Part shown: piece by piece, positions 38,361 through 47,614 of the stretch | Numbering within the stretch: position 1 is the stretch's first letter | Layout of the letters: each line of letters begins with the position of its first letter | IMG/VR virus record: IMGVR_UViG_3300037264_006630 | Location: 64,001 to 128,000 of that record | DNA: 64,000 nucleotides | Direction: 5' to 3' (one strand) | Origin: a virus | Notes under the pieces: generated by a model | What the model was told of the DNA's origin: nothing | Seen by the model: the letters and a program-made list of their open reading frames with translations, nothing else | Databases searched by the model: none | Program-made: the position numbers and the translations under genes

Positions 38361-38921
38361 ATGACCACCGACCCAGCCTCTCTCGTGATCGGCATCCGCT
38401 CCCTCAAGGTCCAGCGCCGGCTCTCCGAGGAGACCCTGTGCTTCTCGGCCACCATCGTGGTCAACGGCAAGGCCGCCGGCGAGGCGACCAACCGGGGCTC
38501 CGGCGGGGCGACCGACATCCACATCAAGTCGCCCGAGCTACGCGAGGCAGCGGGCGCGTGGGCTCAAGCCTACTACGCCAACCCCGCGGCCGACGCCGAC
38601 CCCGAGCGGCGCGAACTGGCCGAGGGCAAGGGCGCCGCGTGGTGTCTCGAGCTCTACATCGACTACCTCGTCTACGCTGAGGACGGGCGCCGCGAGGCCG
38701 AGAAGGAAGCCAAGAAGCTCAAGCAGATCGACGCGAAGAACGGCGCCTTGTTCGCGGCCAAAGGCTTCGGCTGGATGGTGCGGCTCACCGGCGACGGCGT
38801 CATCCGCTGGATTCCCATGCGAGAGGCTGCCGAGCAAGCCAGCGTCGTGGCGCAGACCGTCGCCAAGCACCAGATCGCGACCGTCAAGGAGGTCGTCCTC
38901 CTGTCCACCGCGCCGGTCTGA
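38361..38921 (+). CDS. Conserved phage hypothetical protein
   Basis: SEETLCFSATIVVNGK..GEATNRGSGG motif recognised from other phages. Confidence 0.75.
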   Translation: MTTDPASLVIGIRSLKVQRRLSEETLCFSATIVVNGKAAGEATNRGSGGATDIHIKSPELREAAGAWAQAYYANPAADADPERRELAEGKGAAWCLELYIDYLVYAEDGRREAEKEAKKLKQIDAKNGALFAAKGFGWMVRLTGDGVIRWIPMREAAEQASVVAQTVAKHQIATVKEVVLLSTAPV

Positions 38922-38951
38922 CCCGCGGGAGTGTGGCGCTGGGGATACGGG

Positions 38952-38970
38952 GTGTCAGCCACGACGACAG
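38952..38970. repeat. Distal 19-bp palindrome of cassette J
   Basis: GTGTCAGCC-A-CGACGACAG, 93 bp from the proximal copy. Confidence 0.7.
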
Positions 38971-39044
38971 ATGATGGCCAAGTCAACGCAACCGCTGGCT
39001 GGAATGCTCGTCGAGCGCACGGAATCGCCGCGGATCTAGGCCGA

Positions 39045-39143
39045 GTGTCGTCGCCGACGACACTCCGGACTCGGGTCCCCCGCGTTTCGTGCGCCTGAAC
39101 GTACGCGCGAACCGGCACGCCGACTGCAATACACCTCGACATG
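39045..39143 (+). promoter_or_regulatory. Sigma54-type cassette J
   Basis: Perfect palindrome 39045-39063 then TCCGGA, operator 39086-39111, CGGCACG-CCGA-CTGCA (39113-39128), ATG 39141. Confidence 0.82.
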
Positions 39144-39530
39144 CCCACGACGACCAACGAGTTCGAGACGATCACCACGGTCACCAGCGCGGACGGCCTG
39201 ACCACCATCGTCTACCGGCCCCCGAACACCGACAGCGAGCGGGCTCGCCGCGCGATGGCATGCACCCGTCTCAACTGGAACGTCACCCGCAACGCCCCGG
39301 GCGGCTGGGTCACCGCCAACGTCACCGTCTCCACCGCGGGCGCCAAGGGCTTCCGGGTCGGCTGGTGCGGCAACCGCGGCAACGGCTGGGGCAAGAACTA
39401 CGGCCGGTGCTTCAAGCTCGAGGCCGACGCGCTCACCTTCGCCGGCATCAAGGCCAGCCAGATGTTCTCGTGGGCCGAGCGCCAGGAGGGCAAGCCCTCG
39501 CGCCCCATCGTCCTCGCCACCATGCACTGA
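39141..39530 (+). CDS. Hypothetical protein
   Basis: 129 aa. Confidence 0.72.
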   Translation: MPTTTNEFETITTVTSADGLTTIVYRPPNTDSERARRAMACTRLNWNVTRNAPGGWVTANVTVSTAGAKGFRVGWCGNRGNGWGKNYGRCFKLEADALTFAGIKASQMFSWAERQEGKPSRPIVLATMH

Positions 39531-39543
39531 CCGCCGCTTCCCG

Positions 39544-39583
39544 TTGACCTCGCCAGTTTCGTGCATATCATGGAGTGTATGAA
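39544..39583 (+). promoter_or_regulatory. Sigma70-type promoter with 26-bp operator (39558-39583)
   Basis: TTGACC-N16-TATCAT; TTCGTGCAT-ATCATGGA-GTGTATGAA. Confidence 0.8.
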
Positions 39584-40949
39584 CATGACGCCCGACGCCG
39601 TTTACGTCCCCGCGCACGCGCTCGCGTCGATCCGCGCCGCGCTCGACAAGGCCACCAACGCCGACCGCCGCCACGCCACGCGCCTCAACCTCGCGGTTCC
39701 GGCCGCGCCGGTTCTCACCGTCGGTGAGGAGCGCCAGGTCCGCGAGTGCTGCGCCTGCCGCCACCAGGCCACCGACATCACGCAGTGGATGTCGGCCTGC
39801 TGCACCGCGCCGGCCCGCCTGCTCACCCTGGTCCCCGTGACGATCAGCGCGCCGCGCCCGACCTGCGGCGCCTGGGAGTTGCTCGCGGTGGTCGAGCGCC
39901 AGCCGGCCGACTTCGAGGGCAAGCCATCGCCGAACCTCCTGCGCCGCGTCCCCGGCTCGACCGAAGATCTAGATCTCGGGCGCTGGCGCACCGGCGACGC
40001 CACCCACTGCGACCACTGCGACGTGGATCGCCGCCGGAACGAGACCTTCCTGGTGCTCTCGCTCGAGAACGGCGAGATCAAGCAGGTCGGCCGCCAGTGC
40101 CTCGCCGCCTTCCTCGGCGACCAGTCCTACGAGTCGATCATCCGTCGCCTCGCCTGGCGCGAGTTGCTCACCGACGGTGGTGACGACGGCGAGGGCGGGT
40201 ACGGTGGTGGTGGTCGCTGGGGCGAGCCGGCGCCTGACATCGAGACGGTGCTGGCGCTCACCGCGACGGTCATCCGCAACGACGGCTGGCTGTCGAAGAC
40301 CGCCGCGCGCGAGCGCTTCGACGGGATCCGGGCGACCGCGGACCAGGTCTACTCGCTGCTCAACCCGCCGCGCGAGGGTGAGCAGCTCCGCGAGTGGCGC
40401 AAGGAGATCGTCCGCCTGGCCCCGCAGCCGACCGACATGGAGCACGCGACGGCGGCGCTCACCTGGGTTCGCGACATGGCCCCGACCTCGGACTACGACT
40501 GGTCGATCCACACCGCCGGCCGGCTCACCCACGTCGAGCACTTCGGGATCGTCTGTTCGATCGTTCCGGCCTACGACCGCGTGATCGGTCGCGAGATCGA
40601 GAAGCGCACCCGGCGCGCCGCAGTACCGGCCTCGGTCCACGTCGGTGCCGTCGGCGAGAAGCTCTCCGCCACCGGCATCTGCGAGAGCGCCCGCGCCGTT
40701 CCCGGCGACCAGTGGGGCACCCGGACTGTGATCACGATCGTGGCCGCCGATGGCGCGGTGGTGCAGTGGTGGAAGTCCGGGATCGTCGATGAGGTCATCG
40801 CGGGCCGCACCGTCACCATCACCGGCAAGGTGAAGAGCCACGGCCAGTACGACGGCCGCGCGATCACCACTCTCACCCGCTGCAAGCTGGTGGTGCTGCC
40901 CGAGGCAGCGCCCGACTGCGGCGGCGAGCAGACGGCGGTGGCGTCGTGA
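39579..40949 (+). CDS. Phage protein with Zn-binding motif and C-terminal OB-fold-like domain
   Basis: CDHC...RRNETF...KQVGRQCLAAFLG; HVGAVGEKL...VTITGKVKSHGQYDG...TTLTRCK. Confidence 0.75.
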   Translation: MNMTPDAVYVPAHALASIRAALDKATNADRRHATRLNLAVPAAPVLTVGEERQVRECCACRHQATDITQWMSACCTAPARLLTLVPVTISAPRPTCGAWELLAVVERQPADFEGKPSPNLLRRVPGSTEDLDLGRWRTGDATHCDHCDVDRRRNETFLVLSLENGEIKQVGRQCLAAFLGDQSYESIIRRLAWRELLTDGGDDGEGGYGGGGRWGEPAPDIETVLALTATVIRNDGWLSKTAARERFDGIRATADQVYSLLNPPREGEQLREWRKEIVRLAPQPTDMEHATAALTWVRDMAPTSDYDWSIHTAGRLTHVEHFGIVCSIVPAYDRVIGREIEKRTRRAAVPASVHVGAVGEKLSATGICESARAVPGDQWGTRTVITIVAADGAVVQWWKSGIVDEVIAGRTVTITGKVKSHGQYDGRAITTLTRCKLVVLPEAAPDCGGEQTAVAS

Positions 40950-41188
40950 GCTCGGCCCTGTTGCAGCCGCGAGCCGGCATCATCGTCGTGCGGGTCGGGC
41001 AGCTCGTCGTGGCCGGCAACGACTCCTACCAACTCGTCGCCCTGGGCGGCGTCTACGGCGAGGAGGTGCGGCTCTTGGGCAACAAGCCCTACCGGAAGTC
41101 CCGCGCCAAGCCGCTCGGCTGGCGTCGGACCGCGCCACGTCGGCGCACCTGTCGTCCGTGCCGACAGCCGGATGCCAAGGCCGCGTAG
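40946..41188 (+). CDS. Hypothetical protein
   Basis: GTGA overlap; 80 aa. Confidence 0.5.
   Translation: MSSALLQPRAGIIVVRVGQLVVAGNDSYQLVALGGVYGEEVRLLGNKPYRKSRAKPLGWRRTAPRRRTCRPCRQPDAKAA
41149..41167. repeat. Distal 19-bp palindrome of cassette K (inside the upstream ORF)
   Basis: CTGTCGTCC-G-TGCCGACAG, 93 bp from the proximal copy. Confidence 0.65.
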
Positions 41189-41241
41189 CGGCAAGAGATA
41201 CCGTCGTGAATCCACAGAGAACACAGGTTGATCACAGGGCA

Positions 41242-41327
41242 CTGTCGTCGCGGACGACACTCCGGACCGCCGCGCGGGACGAGATCGTGCGCACTTGGAG
41301 GCGCGTGAACTTGGCACCGCTCATGCT
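41242..41327 (+). promoter_or_regulatory. Sigma54-type cassette K (no proximal ATG)
   Basis: Palindrome 41242-41260 then TCCGGA, operator 41284-41309, TGGCACC-GCTC-ATGCT (41312-41327). Confidence 0.75.
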
Positions 41328-41382
41328 CTACACCGGGCTGTTCGGTCGTCGAGCCGCCAACGTCTACAGGAGGACACGAGCC

Positions 41383-41883
41383 ATGATCTGGGTACACCGC
41401 GACCTACTGCCACCCGCCGTACATGTCATCGTCTCGGGCTGCACTGCGCGTCACGGCGCTGCGGCCGGTATCGCCACCACGTGGGCATCCCAGATCGTGC
41501 AGCGGCGAGGCGCCGACCCGCAGGCGCACATTTTCGCGGGCATGGCGCCCGACGAGCCCATCACCACGATCGGCGTGGCGCGCGGCGTCTCCGCGACGGC
41601 GGCGGCAGGCCGGGTCGTCACGGTGCTGCCGGGCGAGCGCGACCCCGCCGACCGCTCGTGGCTCCGCGAGCTGGCCGCGATGGCGCCGGCGTCCCCCGTC
41701 GGACTCGCGATCGTCGCGATCGTCGACGCCTGGGATTGGGCGGATCGCACGCCCCACGACACCTGCACCGAGTCCGAGGCGCGGGCGCTGGGCCTGCACA
41801 TCGGCTACCCAGGCGAGCGGCACGTCGCCTACCCGGAGGCGATGGGCGTCCGCCTGATCCCGGACCATCCGCCGCAGTGCTGA
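41383..41883 (+). CDS. Hypothetical protein
   Basis: AGGAGG SD before ATG 41383. Confidence 0.65.
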   Translation: MIWVHRDLLPPAVHVIVSGCTARHGAAAGIATTWASQIVQRRGADPQAHIFAGMAPDEPITTIGVARGVSATAAAGRVVTVLPGERDPADRSWLRELAAMAPASPVGLAIVAIVDAWDWADRTPHDTCTESEARALGLHIGYPGERHVAYPEAMGVRLIPDHPPQC

Positions 41884-41911
41884 CCGACCCCGACCCCGAG
41901 GAGATCCTGAC

Positions 41912-42376
41912 ATGAGCTACACCTACACCGTCGCGTCCTACCAGGCCGCTGTCGCGCTGTCGCGGCAGATCGTCGATACCGAGCGTGAGGCAGCCGACGC
42001 CGTCAGCGCCGAGCTCGTGGATGCGACGTACGCGACTCGCTACGCTGACAGCCACGCGCTCTATGCCCGCGTCTCGACGTGGCTCGGCCGGTCGCTCGGC
42101 GCCCGCCCCATGCGCGACACCGTCGACGCGATGGTGCGCGAGGATCCGCGATGCGCCCGCTACGCCGTCGCGCTCGCCGACGCGCGCGAGTTCGCGCGAC
42201 ACAGCGACGCCGACATCGGCAGGGGCGCGCACCTGGCGTACCTGGTCGTGCTCCGACTCGCGCGCCGCAACGCCGCGTGGCAGCCGGTCGCGGATGCGTG
42301 GCCGGATCACCTGCGAGAGCGTGGCCCGGTCGGCGAGCGCGACCCGGGCGCAGGCACCGGACACCGCGAGCGCTGA
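41912..42376 (+). CDS. Hypothetical protein
   Basis: GAGGAG SD; 154 aa. Confidence 0.7.
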   Translation: MSYTYTVASYQAAVALSRQIVDTEREAADAVSAELVDATYATRYADSHALYARVSTWLGRSLGARPMRDTVDAMVREDPRCARYAVALADAREFARHSDADIGRGAHLAYLVVLRLARRNAAWQPVADAWPDHLRERGPVGERDPGAGTGHRER

Positions 42377-42510
42377 CCGGCTATCGACGCCGGCGCGAGG
42401 CTGACGGCCTCGCAGCGCACCACACAGCGGCACCCGCCATCTGGCGCAGGCGCTGAGATCGACATGAGCACACCAGCGCCGGCATGACCGGCGCACGAAA
42501 GGCTACGACC

Positions 42511-42984
42511 ATGAGCACCCTGACCCCGCACCTCGACGCCCTCGCTCGCCTCCCCCGCTCCATCACCGACGGCCTCGCCGCGTGGATGTCCTCCGCGATC
42601 CGCGAGGCCGCGCAGGACGCCGACTACGACGAGGCGCCCGCCGACGTCGGCACCGCCTGCCGCGAGATCGCCGCGAGCATCACGACCCCCGACTGCCCCG
42701 TCACGCCGGGCGCCGTCCTCGCCGACCCGTGGCACGCCGCGCGGCTCGTCGTCTGTCGCCGCCTCGCCGCCGAGGGCTACGGGCTGCGCGGCGACGGGTC
42801 CGGCCGTGGCGTCGCCCACGAGTCGGTCATCGCGCAGCACCGGGCCGACGTGCTCGCAGGCTGGCCGGGCGCTCTCGTCGATCTGGCGTGGACCGGGCCG
42901 ACCTGCGCCGAGCGCGGGCCGCAGCAGTGGGAGACGGCGTACCGGATCGTCGAGCGCCCCGACGGCACGGCCGAGATCTCGTGA
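42511..42984 (+). CDS. Hypothetical protein
   Basis: 157 aa; alternative start 42484. Confidence 0.65.
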   Translation: MSTLTPHLDALARLPRSITDGLAAWMSSAIREAAQDADYDEAPADVGTACREIAASITTPDCPVTPGAVLADPWHAARLVVCRRLAAEGYGLRGDGSGRGVAHESVIAQHRADVLAGWPGALVDLAWTGPTCAERGPQQWETAYRIVERPDGTAEIS

Positions 42985-43169
42985 CCTCCGACGTCGACGC
43001 CCTCGCCATCGCCCGCACCCACCGCATCGACGCCGGCACCCCGGCCGACGAGGGCGAGGCGGCGGACCTGCGGGTCATCGAGCGGATCGCCGCGCTCGAT
43101 CTCGTCGAGCCCGCGCCTGGCTGGATCGATCGCGCCGTCGCGCGGTGGCGCAACACCACCCGCAAGTAG
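42981..43169 (+). CDS. Hypothetical protein
   Basis: GTGA overlap. Confidence 0.55.
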   Translation: MTSDVDALAIARTHRIDAGTPADEGEAADLRVIERIAALDLVEPAPGWIDRAVARWRNTTRK

Positions 43170-43206
43170 CCATCAACCGTCACCGACAACGACAGGAAAC
43201 CAAACG

Positions 43207-43620
43207 ATGACCACTCAGACCATCGCTCCCGCCCGCCTCTGGCCGTCCTCCGATCACCGCTGGGAGATCCCCGCGCGCCCGTCGTCCAACCCCGACGCGG
43301 CAGTGTACGACATGCTCGTCGACGTCCTCCACGACATCGACCTCATCGCCGCGCAGTGCCCCGACGGCGCCGCGACCGGGTGGCTCGCGCTGCGCACGAC
43401 GGTCCGCGATCGGATCGACGTCGTGGCGCACGCGCCGACCGCGCCGGTGCAGCGCTCGCTCACCAGCGGCGACCGCGTCCGGCGAACCGACGTCGCCGAC
43501 GTGCGCGGCAGGATCACCAGCACCCGCACCAGCGGTGGCGTGTCGTACGCGGTCGTCCGGTACGACGGCGGCATGAACACGGCCGAGTTGCCGACGGCCC
43601 TGTTGGAGCGCGCGTCGTGA
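43207..43620 (+). CDS. Hypothetical protein with SH3-like C-terminus
   Basis: AGGA SD; GDRVRR...GRITS...AVVRYDGG. Confidence 0.68.
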   Translation: MTTQTIAPARLWPSSDHRWEIPARPSSNPDAAVYDMLVDVLHDIDLIAAQCPDGAATGWLALRTTVRDRIDVVAHAPTAPVQRSLTSGDRVRRTDVADVRGRITSTRTSGGVSYAVVRYDGGMNTAELPTALLERAS

Positions 43621-43991
43621 CGCTGGTGGCACGGACGGAATGGGAGGCGCTCATCCGAGCCGAGGGGATCGATCCGCCGCCGATGGGAGACGGGTTCACG
43701 CGCTGGGCGCCGACGGGCGACCCGGCGCCGGGTGCGCTGTCGCGCCTCGTGTCGACCGGCCTCATCGTGCGCTCGGATGGCACCGCCGTCATGGTCACGG
43801 CGCTGCCGACCATGGAGGACCACGGCATGCTCAAGGCTCACACGGGCGCCGGGGCATTCGCTCGCATGTACCCCGGTCGCGCGACGCCGCTGGACGCGAT
43901 CGGCGCGCTGGGATGGGACGCCTACTGCGAGCTGCTCATCACCGGACCGCCCTCGCGGACGCCGCCGGGTGGCGAACCACGCAAAAAGTAG
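43617..43991 (+). CDS. Hypothetical protein
   Basis: GTGA overlap. Confidence 0.6.
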   Translation: MTLVARTEWEALIRAEGIDPPPMGDGFTRWAPTGDPAPGALSRLVSTGLIVRSDGTAVMVTALPTMEDHGMLKAHTGAGAFARMYPGRATPLDAIGALGWDAYCELLITGPPSRTPPGGEPRKK

Positions 43992-43994
43992 CGG

Positions 43995-44096
43995 GTGTCG
44001 TCGGCGACTACAGGCCGGCGACCACTCCGGAACCAGACTTCGCACACCTGCACGAGCGCACGAACCGGCACACCCCGTGCAGTACCAGGCACCATG
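43995..44096 (+). promoter_or_regulatory. Sigma54-type cassette L
   Basis: Palindrome 43995-44013, operator 44039-44064, CGGCACA-CCCC-GTGCA (44066-44081), ATG 44094. Confidence 0.8.
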
Positions 44097-45029
44097 ATCA
44101 TCACCGTCCAGTTCGCGTTCACCTGCCGTATCTGTGGTCGTCGCGGTGCAGCGGGGTCGCAGGCCGAGTGGAGCAAGGCCGGGGGCACGGCGCACACGAG
44201 CTGCGCCGCCAAGTCGGCCCCGGCGCCCAAGGCGAAGTCCGCACGCAAGCCGGCTGCCCCGCGCCCGGCACCGCGGGTTCCGCAGGCCGGTGAGATCGAG
44301 ATCTCGCGCAAGGGCGACCGCCACGGCCGCTACACCGTTGGCGAGACGATCTACGCGGCCAAGGTCAACGGCGGTGGTGGCGATGGCCACTACTGGACGG
44401 TGGTCGCCGAGGGCTTCTCGCGCGCGAACGAGGACATGGGTCACTACGACGACTTCTGTTGGGCGACCGTGCGCCCGGCGACCGATGCCGAGGTCGCGCC
44501 GGTGGCGGCGCGCCGCGCGGCGGCGGATGCCGCGAAGTCCGCTGCGGCGGTGGCCGCGGGTGGGATGGTCGCGCTGGCGCGCGTCGGCCAGGCGGTCACC
44601 GAAGGCACCTGCCTGTCGCTGGTGGCCGTCGAGGCGCACCGCGTCGTGATGGCGGGCGCCTCCAAGATCTCGACGGTCAAGGACCGCTCGACCACGACCA
44701 CCTGGTTCCGCACTGTCGACGGTACGCTGGTGCGCGAGTCGCACGGCTACGACGACCATCGCCAGTGCGCGTACATCACGGCCGAGGCGCTGCTCGCGTC
44801 GGTGGCCGCCCAGGTCGACGCGGACGCCGATGACCTGCCGCTGGCCGACTCGCTGCGCAACGTCGCCAGCCGCTACAGCTACCCGGTCCACCGCGCCCGC
44901 GTCTGGCTCGCCGCCTCGCGCGGCGAGACGGTCCCGGTGGAGGTCGTGCCGCCGACCCTCGAGCCGCGCGAGTTGGAGACGGACGCCGATGTCCTGGCGA
45001 TGTCGGCCCAGATGGGAGCCTCCCTGTGA
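44094..45029 (+). CDS. Hypothetical protein with N-terminal CxxC...HxxC
   Basis: TCRICG...AHTSC; 311 aa. Confidence 0.72.
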   Translation: MIITVQFAFTCRICGRRGAAGSQAEWSKAGGTAHTSCAAKSAPAPKAKSARKPAAPRPAPRVPQAGEIEISRKGDRHGRYTVGETIYAAKVNGGGGDGHYWTVVAEGFSRANEDMGHYDDFCWATVRPATDAEVAPVAARRAAADAAKSAAAVAAGGMVALARVGQAVTEGTCLSLVAVEAHRVVMAGASKISTVKDRSTTTTWFRTVDGTLVRESHGYDDHRQCAYITAEALLASVAAQVDADADDLPLADSLRNVASRYSYPVHRARVWLAASRGETVPVEVVPPTLEPRELETDADVLAMSAQMGASL

Positions 45030-45445
45030 CGATCACGGTCGACGACTCCACCGTCCACTGCGGCGCCATCCGGCACCTCTGCGCGACCAAGCGTACCGCA
45101 CAGATCACGGCGGCCACGCTCGCGCTCCGTGACGCTGGGTGGACCGTCGTTGGTCCCGCGTCTGGCCTCGGCTACCGCCGCCCCCTCGCGCTGCCTGGCG
45201 AGCGCATGTGCCAGCCGCTCGACGGGTCGCTCGCTGACCAGCGCGCACAGGGCTTCACCGTGTGGCGCCACGACGGCTCCATCAACCCTGACACCGGTGT
45301 TGGCCCGCGCACCGCCGCGCGAGCGATCACGATCGACGCCTGCGCCGGTCTGCCTCTGCTCGTGACCGAGGAGCGCGGCGATGTCGCCGAGGCGCGCGAG
45401 ATCATCGAGTGGTACATCGGGTCGATCGTGCAGGCCAACCCGTGA
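45026..45445 (+). CDS. Hypothetical protein
   Basis: GTGA overlaps. Confidence 0.65.
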   Translation: MTITVDDSTVHCGAIRHLCATKRTAQITAATLALRDAGWTVVGPASGLGYRRPLALPGERMCQPLDGSLADQRAQGFTVWRHDGSINPDTGVGPRTAARAITIDACAGLPLLVTEERGDVAEAREIIEWYIGSIVQANP

Positions 45446-46032
45446 CCGTCGGCCGCCTCAAGATCCTCCGCATCGAGGTGGATGGGCACTTCCGCGGCTC
45501 GTCGGATGTGCCCCGCCCCTGGGTGGCGCAGATCGACGGGCCGGACGCTCGCTGGGGCCTGGCTCGCACGTTCATTCAGTGCCTGCGCGACTGGCGTGGC
45601 GCTCACCGCGCGAACAGCGGCAACCTCTACGGCGTGGTCGCGGCGTTCCCGCTCCACGACGGCAAGCTCTACGAGGTGTGCCGCCTGCGCGGCAAGTCGA
45701 GCAAGCGCCACGTCGCGCGCGAGTTCTGGCGCGTGGTCGACGGCAAGATGGTCGAGCTCGAGCCGAGCGAGGCGCTCGCTCTTGCCGATGGCTACGATGG
45801 CCCCGCGGTCGAGCACACGGTCGCCGACGGGACCAAGGTGGCGCTCGTCACCGGGCTCGGGACCCCGACGCCGCTCGGGTTCGTGATGGCGGACGGCCGG
45901 CGCCTGTTCCGGCTGCGCGACGGCCACATCCACGAGGTCATGACCGACACCGGCCGCGAGCTCCTCGCGGTGCGAGACGGCGATGTCGCGTCCATCTCGG
46001 ACATGGAGGCGTTGGCGTGGCTGATGCGATGA
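45442..46032 (+). CDS. Hypothetical protein with internal domain duplication, upstream of the IbrA-like gene
   Basis: WVAQIDG...FPLHDGKLYEV...REFWRVVDG...EALALA repeated as KVALVTG...FRLRDGHIHEV...RELLAVRDG...EALAWL. Confidence 0.7.
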   Translation: MTVGRLKILRIEVDGHFRGSSDVPRPWVAQIDGPDARWGLARTFIQCLRDWRGAHRANSGNLYGVVAAFPLHDGKLYEVCRLRGKSSKRHVAREFWRVVDGKMVELEPSEALALADGYDGPAVEHTVADGTKVALVTGLGTPTPLGFVMADGRRLFRLRDGHIHEVMTDTGRELLAVRDGDVASISDMEALAWLMR

Positions 46033-47243
46033 AGCGACCGATCGGGATCGACGTCCTCGCCGCCGCTCGCCAGCGGATCGCGTGGGTGTTCGACGCCTTC
46101 CCGCGGATCTACCTGTCCGGCCCCAGCGGCAAGGACTCGTCGGTGATGATGCACCTGGTCTGCCAGGAGGCGCGTCGCCGCGGTCGGCGGGTGGGCGTGC
46201 TGTTCCTCGATCTCGAGGCGCAGTACCGCCTCACCATCGACCACGTCCGCGACATGTTCGCGCTCTACGCCGACGTGATCGATCCGTTCTGGGTCGCCCT
46301 GCCGCTCAACCTGCGCAACGCGGTGAGCCAGATCGCCCCGTTCTGGACGTGCTGGGATCCTGCGGCCGAGCCGCTCTGGGTGCGGCCCCGGGAGCCGGGC
46401 AGCATCGCCGACCCCGAGCGCTTCCCGTTCTACCGCCACGCGATGGAGTTCGAGGAGTTCGTCGAGGGGTTCGGCAACTGGTACGCGGGCGACGAGGCGT
46501 GCGCGTGCTTCGTCGGCATCCGCGCCAACGAGTCGCTCAACCGCTGGCGGGCGATCGTCCGGCGCCGGAAGTCGCGGCTCGAGGGCCGCGCCTACACCAC
46601 CTGGCGCGGTGACCAGCTCGTGAACGTCTACCCGATCTACGACTGGCGCACCGAGGATATCTGGACCTACGTCGGCCGCGAGCGCGCGGCCTACAACCGC
46701 ATCTACGACGGCATGCACCAGGCCGGGATGTCGATCCACCAGATGCGGATCTGCCAGCCCTACGGGGATGACCAGCGCCGGAGTTTGAACCTTTACCACG
46801 TCCTCGAGCCCCTCACCTGGACCCGCGTCGTCGCGCGCGTGGCCGGCGCCAACCAGGGCGCGCTCTACGCCGGCAAGCGCGGCAACATCCTCGGCAACGG
46901 CAACATCGTGCTGCCCGCCGGCCACACCTGGCAGAGCTTCGTGGAGTTCCTGCTCGCCTCGATGCCGCAGGCCGAGGCAGACAACTACCGCGACAAGATC
47001 GCGGTGTTCATCCAGTGGTGGCGCAACCGGTACGGCCTCGAGATGACCGAGGACGACGACCCCGATCTGGTCGGCACGTACAAGCGCCAGCCGACGTGGA
47101 AGCGGGTGGCCAAGGTCATCCTCAAGAACGACTTTCTCTGCAAGGGTCTGAGCTTCTCGCAGCAACGCAGCGAGCCGAGCTCGTACGACCGGTACAAGAA
47201 GCTGATGCGCGACCGCCGCGCGAGATGGGGCATCTACGCATGA
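46029..47243 (+). CDS. IbrA/YbdN-like PAPS-reductase-family (PP-loop) protein with DUF3440-like tail
   Basis: YLSGPSGKDSSV, FLDLEAQY, WVALPLNLRNAVS, FVGIRANESLNRW, VYPIYDWRTEDIW, MRICQPYGDDQR, ILKNDFLCKGLSF. Confidence 0.88.
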   Translation: MKRPIGIDVLAAARQRIAWVFDAFPRIYLSGPSGKDSSVMMHLVCQEARRRGRRVGVLFLDLEAQYRLTIDHVRDMFALYADVIDPFWVALPLNLRNAVSQIAPFWTCWDPAAEPLWVRPREPGSIADPERFPFYRHAMEFEEFVEGFGNWYAGDEACACFVGIRANESLNRWRAIVRRRKSRLEGRAYTTWRGDQLVNVYPIYDWRTEDIWTYVGRERAAYNRIYDGMHQAGMSIHQMRICQPYGDDQRRSLNLYHVLEPLTWTRVVARVAGANQGALYAGKRGNILGNGNIVLPAGHTWQSFVEFLLASMPQAEADNYRDKIAVFIQWWRNRYGLEMTEDDDPDLVGTYKRQPTWKRVAKVILKNDFLCKGLSFSQQRSEPSSYDRYKKLMRDRRARWGIYA

Positions 47244-47614
47244 CCGACGACAAGGACAAGAACGGCATCCCGCTGGACCTCGTGCGCGCTGCGCGCCGCG
47301 AGGAGTCGCTCCGCGGACGGGTCCACCTGTGCAGCACCCGCCGCGAGCCGCTCCTGGTCGATGGGCAGGTGGTCGGCTTCGTCACTCCGCGCCAGGTCGG
47401 CGACGCCTGGCGGCACGGCCCGATCTACGTGGCCCCGGGCTTCCGCAGTCGGGGACTCGTGGCCGCCTACTACGCCTCCCACCCGGAGCGGATCTGCGTG
47501 GCGTTCGTCGCCGACAGTAACCGCTCGTCGCGGTCTGCGCACGTCGCGGCTGGGTTCGCCAACTGGCGCCGCGGCAAGGACGGCTGGTTCATGCGGCGGG
47601 AGGCGCAGCCGTGA
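47240..47614 (+). CDS. Small GNAT-fold acetyltransferase-like protein
   Basis: VVGF...GPIYVAPGFRSRGL (motif A), NRSS..AHVAAGF (motif B). Confidence 0.65.
   Translation: MTDDKDKNGIPLDLVRAARREESLRGRVHLCSTRREPLLVDGQVVGFVTPRQVGDAWRHGPIYVAPGFRSRGLVAAYYASHPERICVAFVADSNRSSRSAHVAAGFANWRRGKDGWFMRREAQP

Noticed and set aside
42491-42499. Operator at GCGCACGAA upstream of 42511
   Set aside because: Only the right half-site is present; no matching left half 17 nt upstream.
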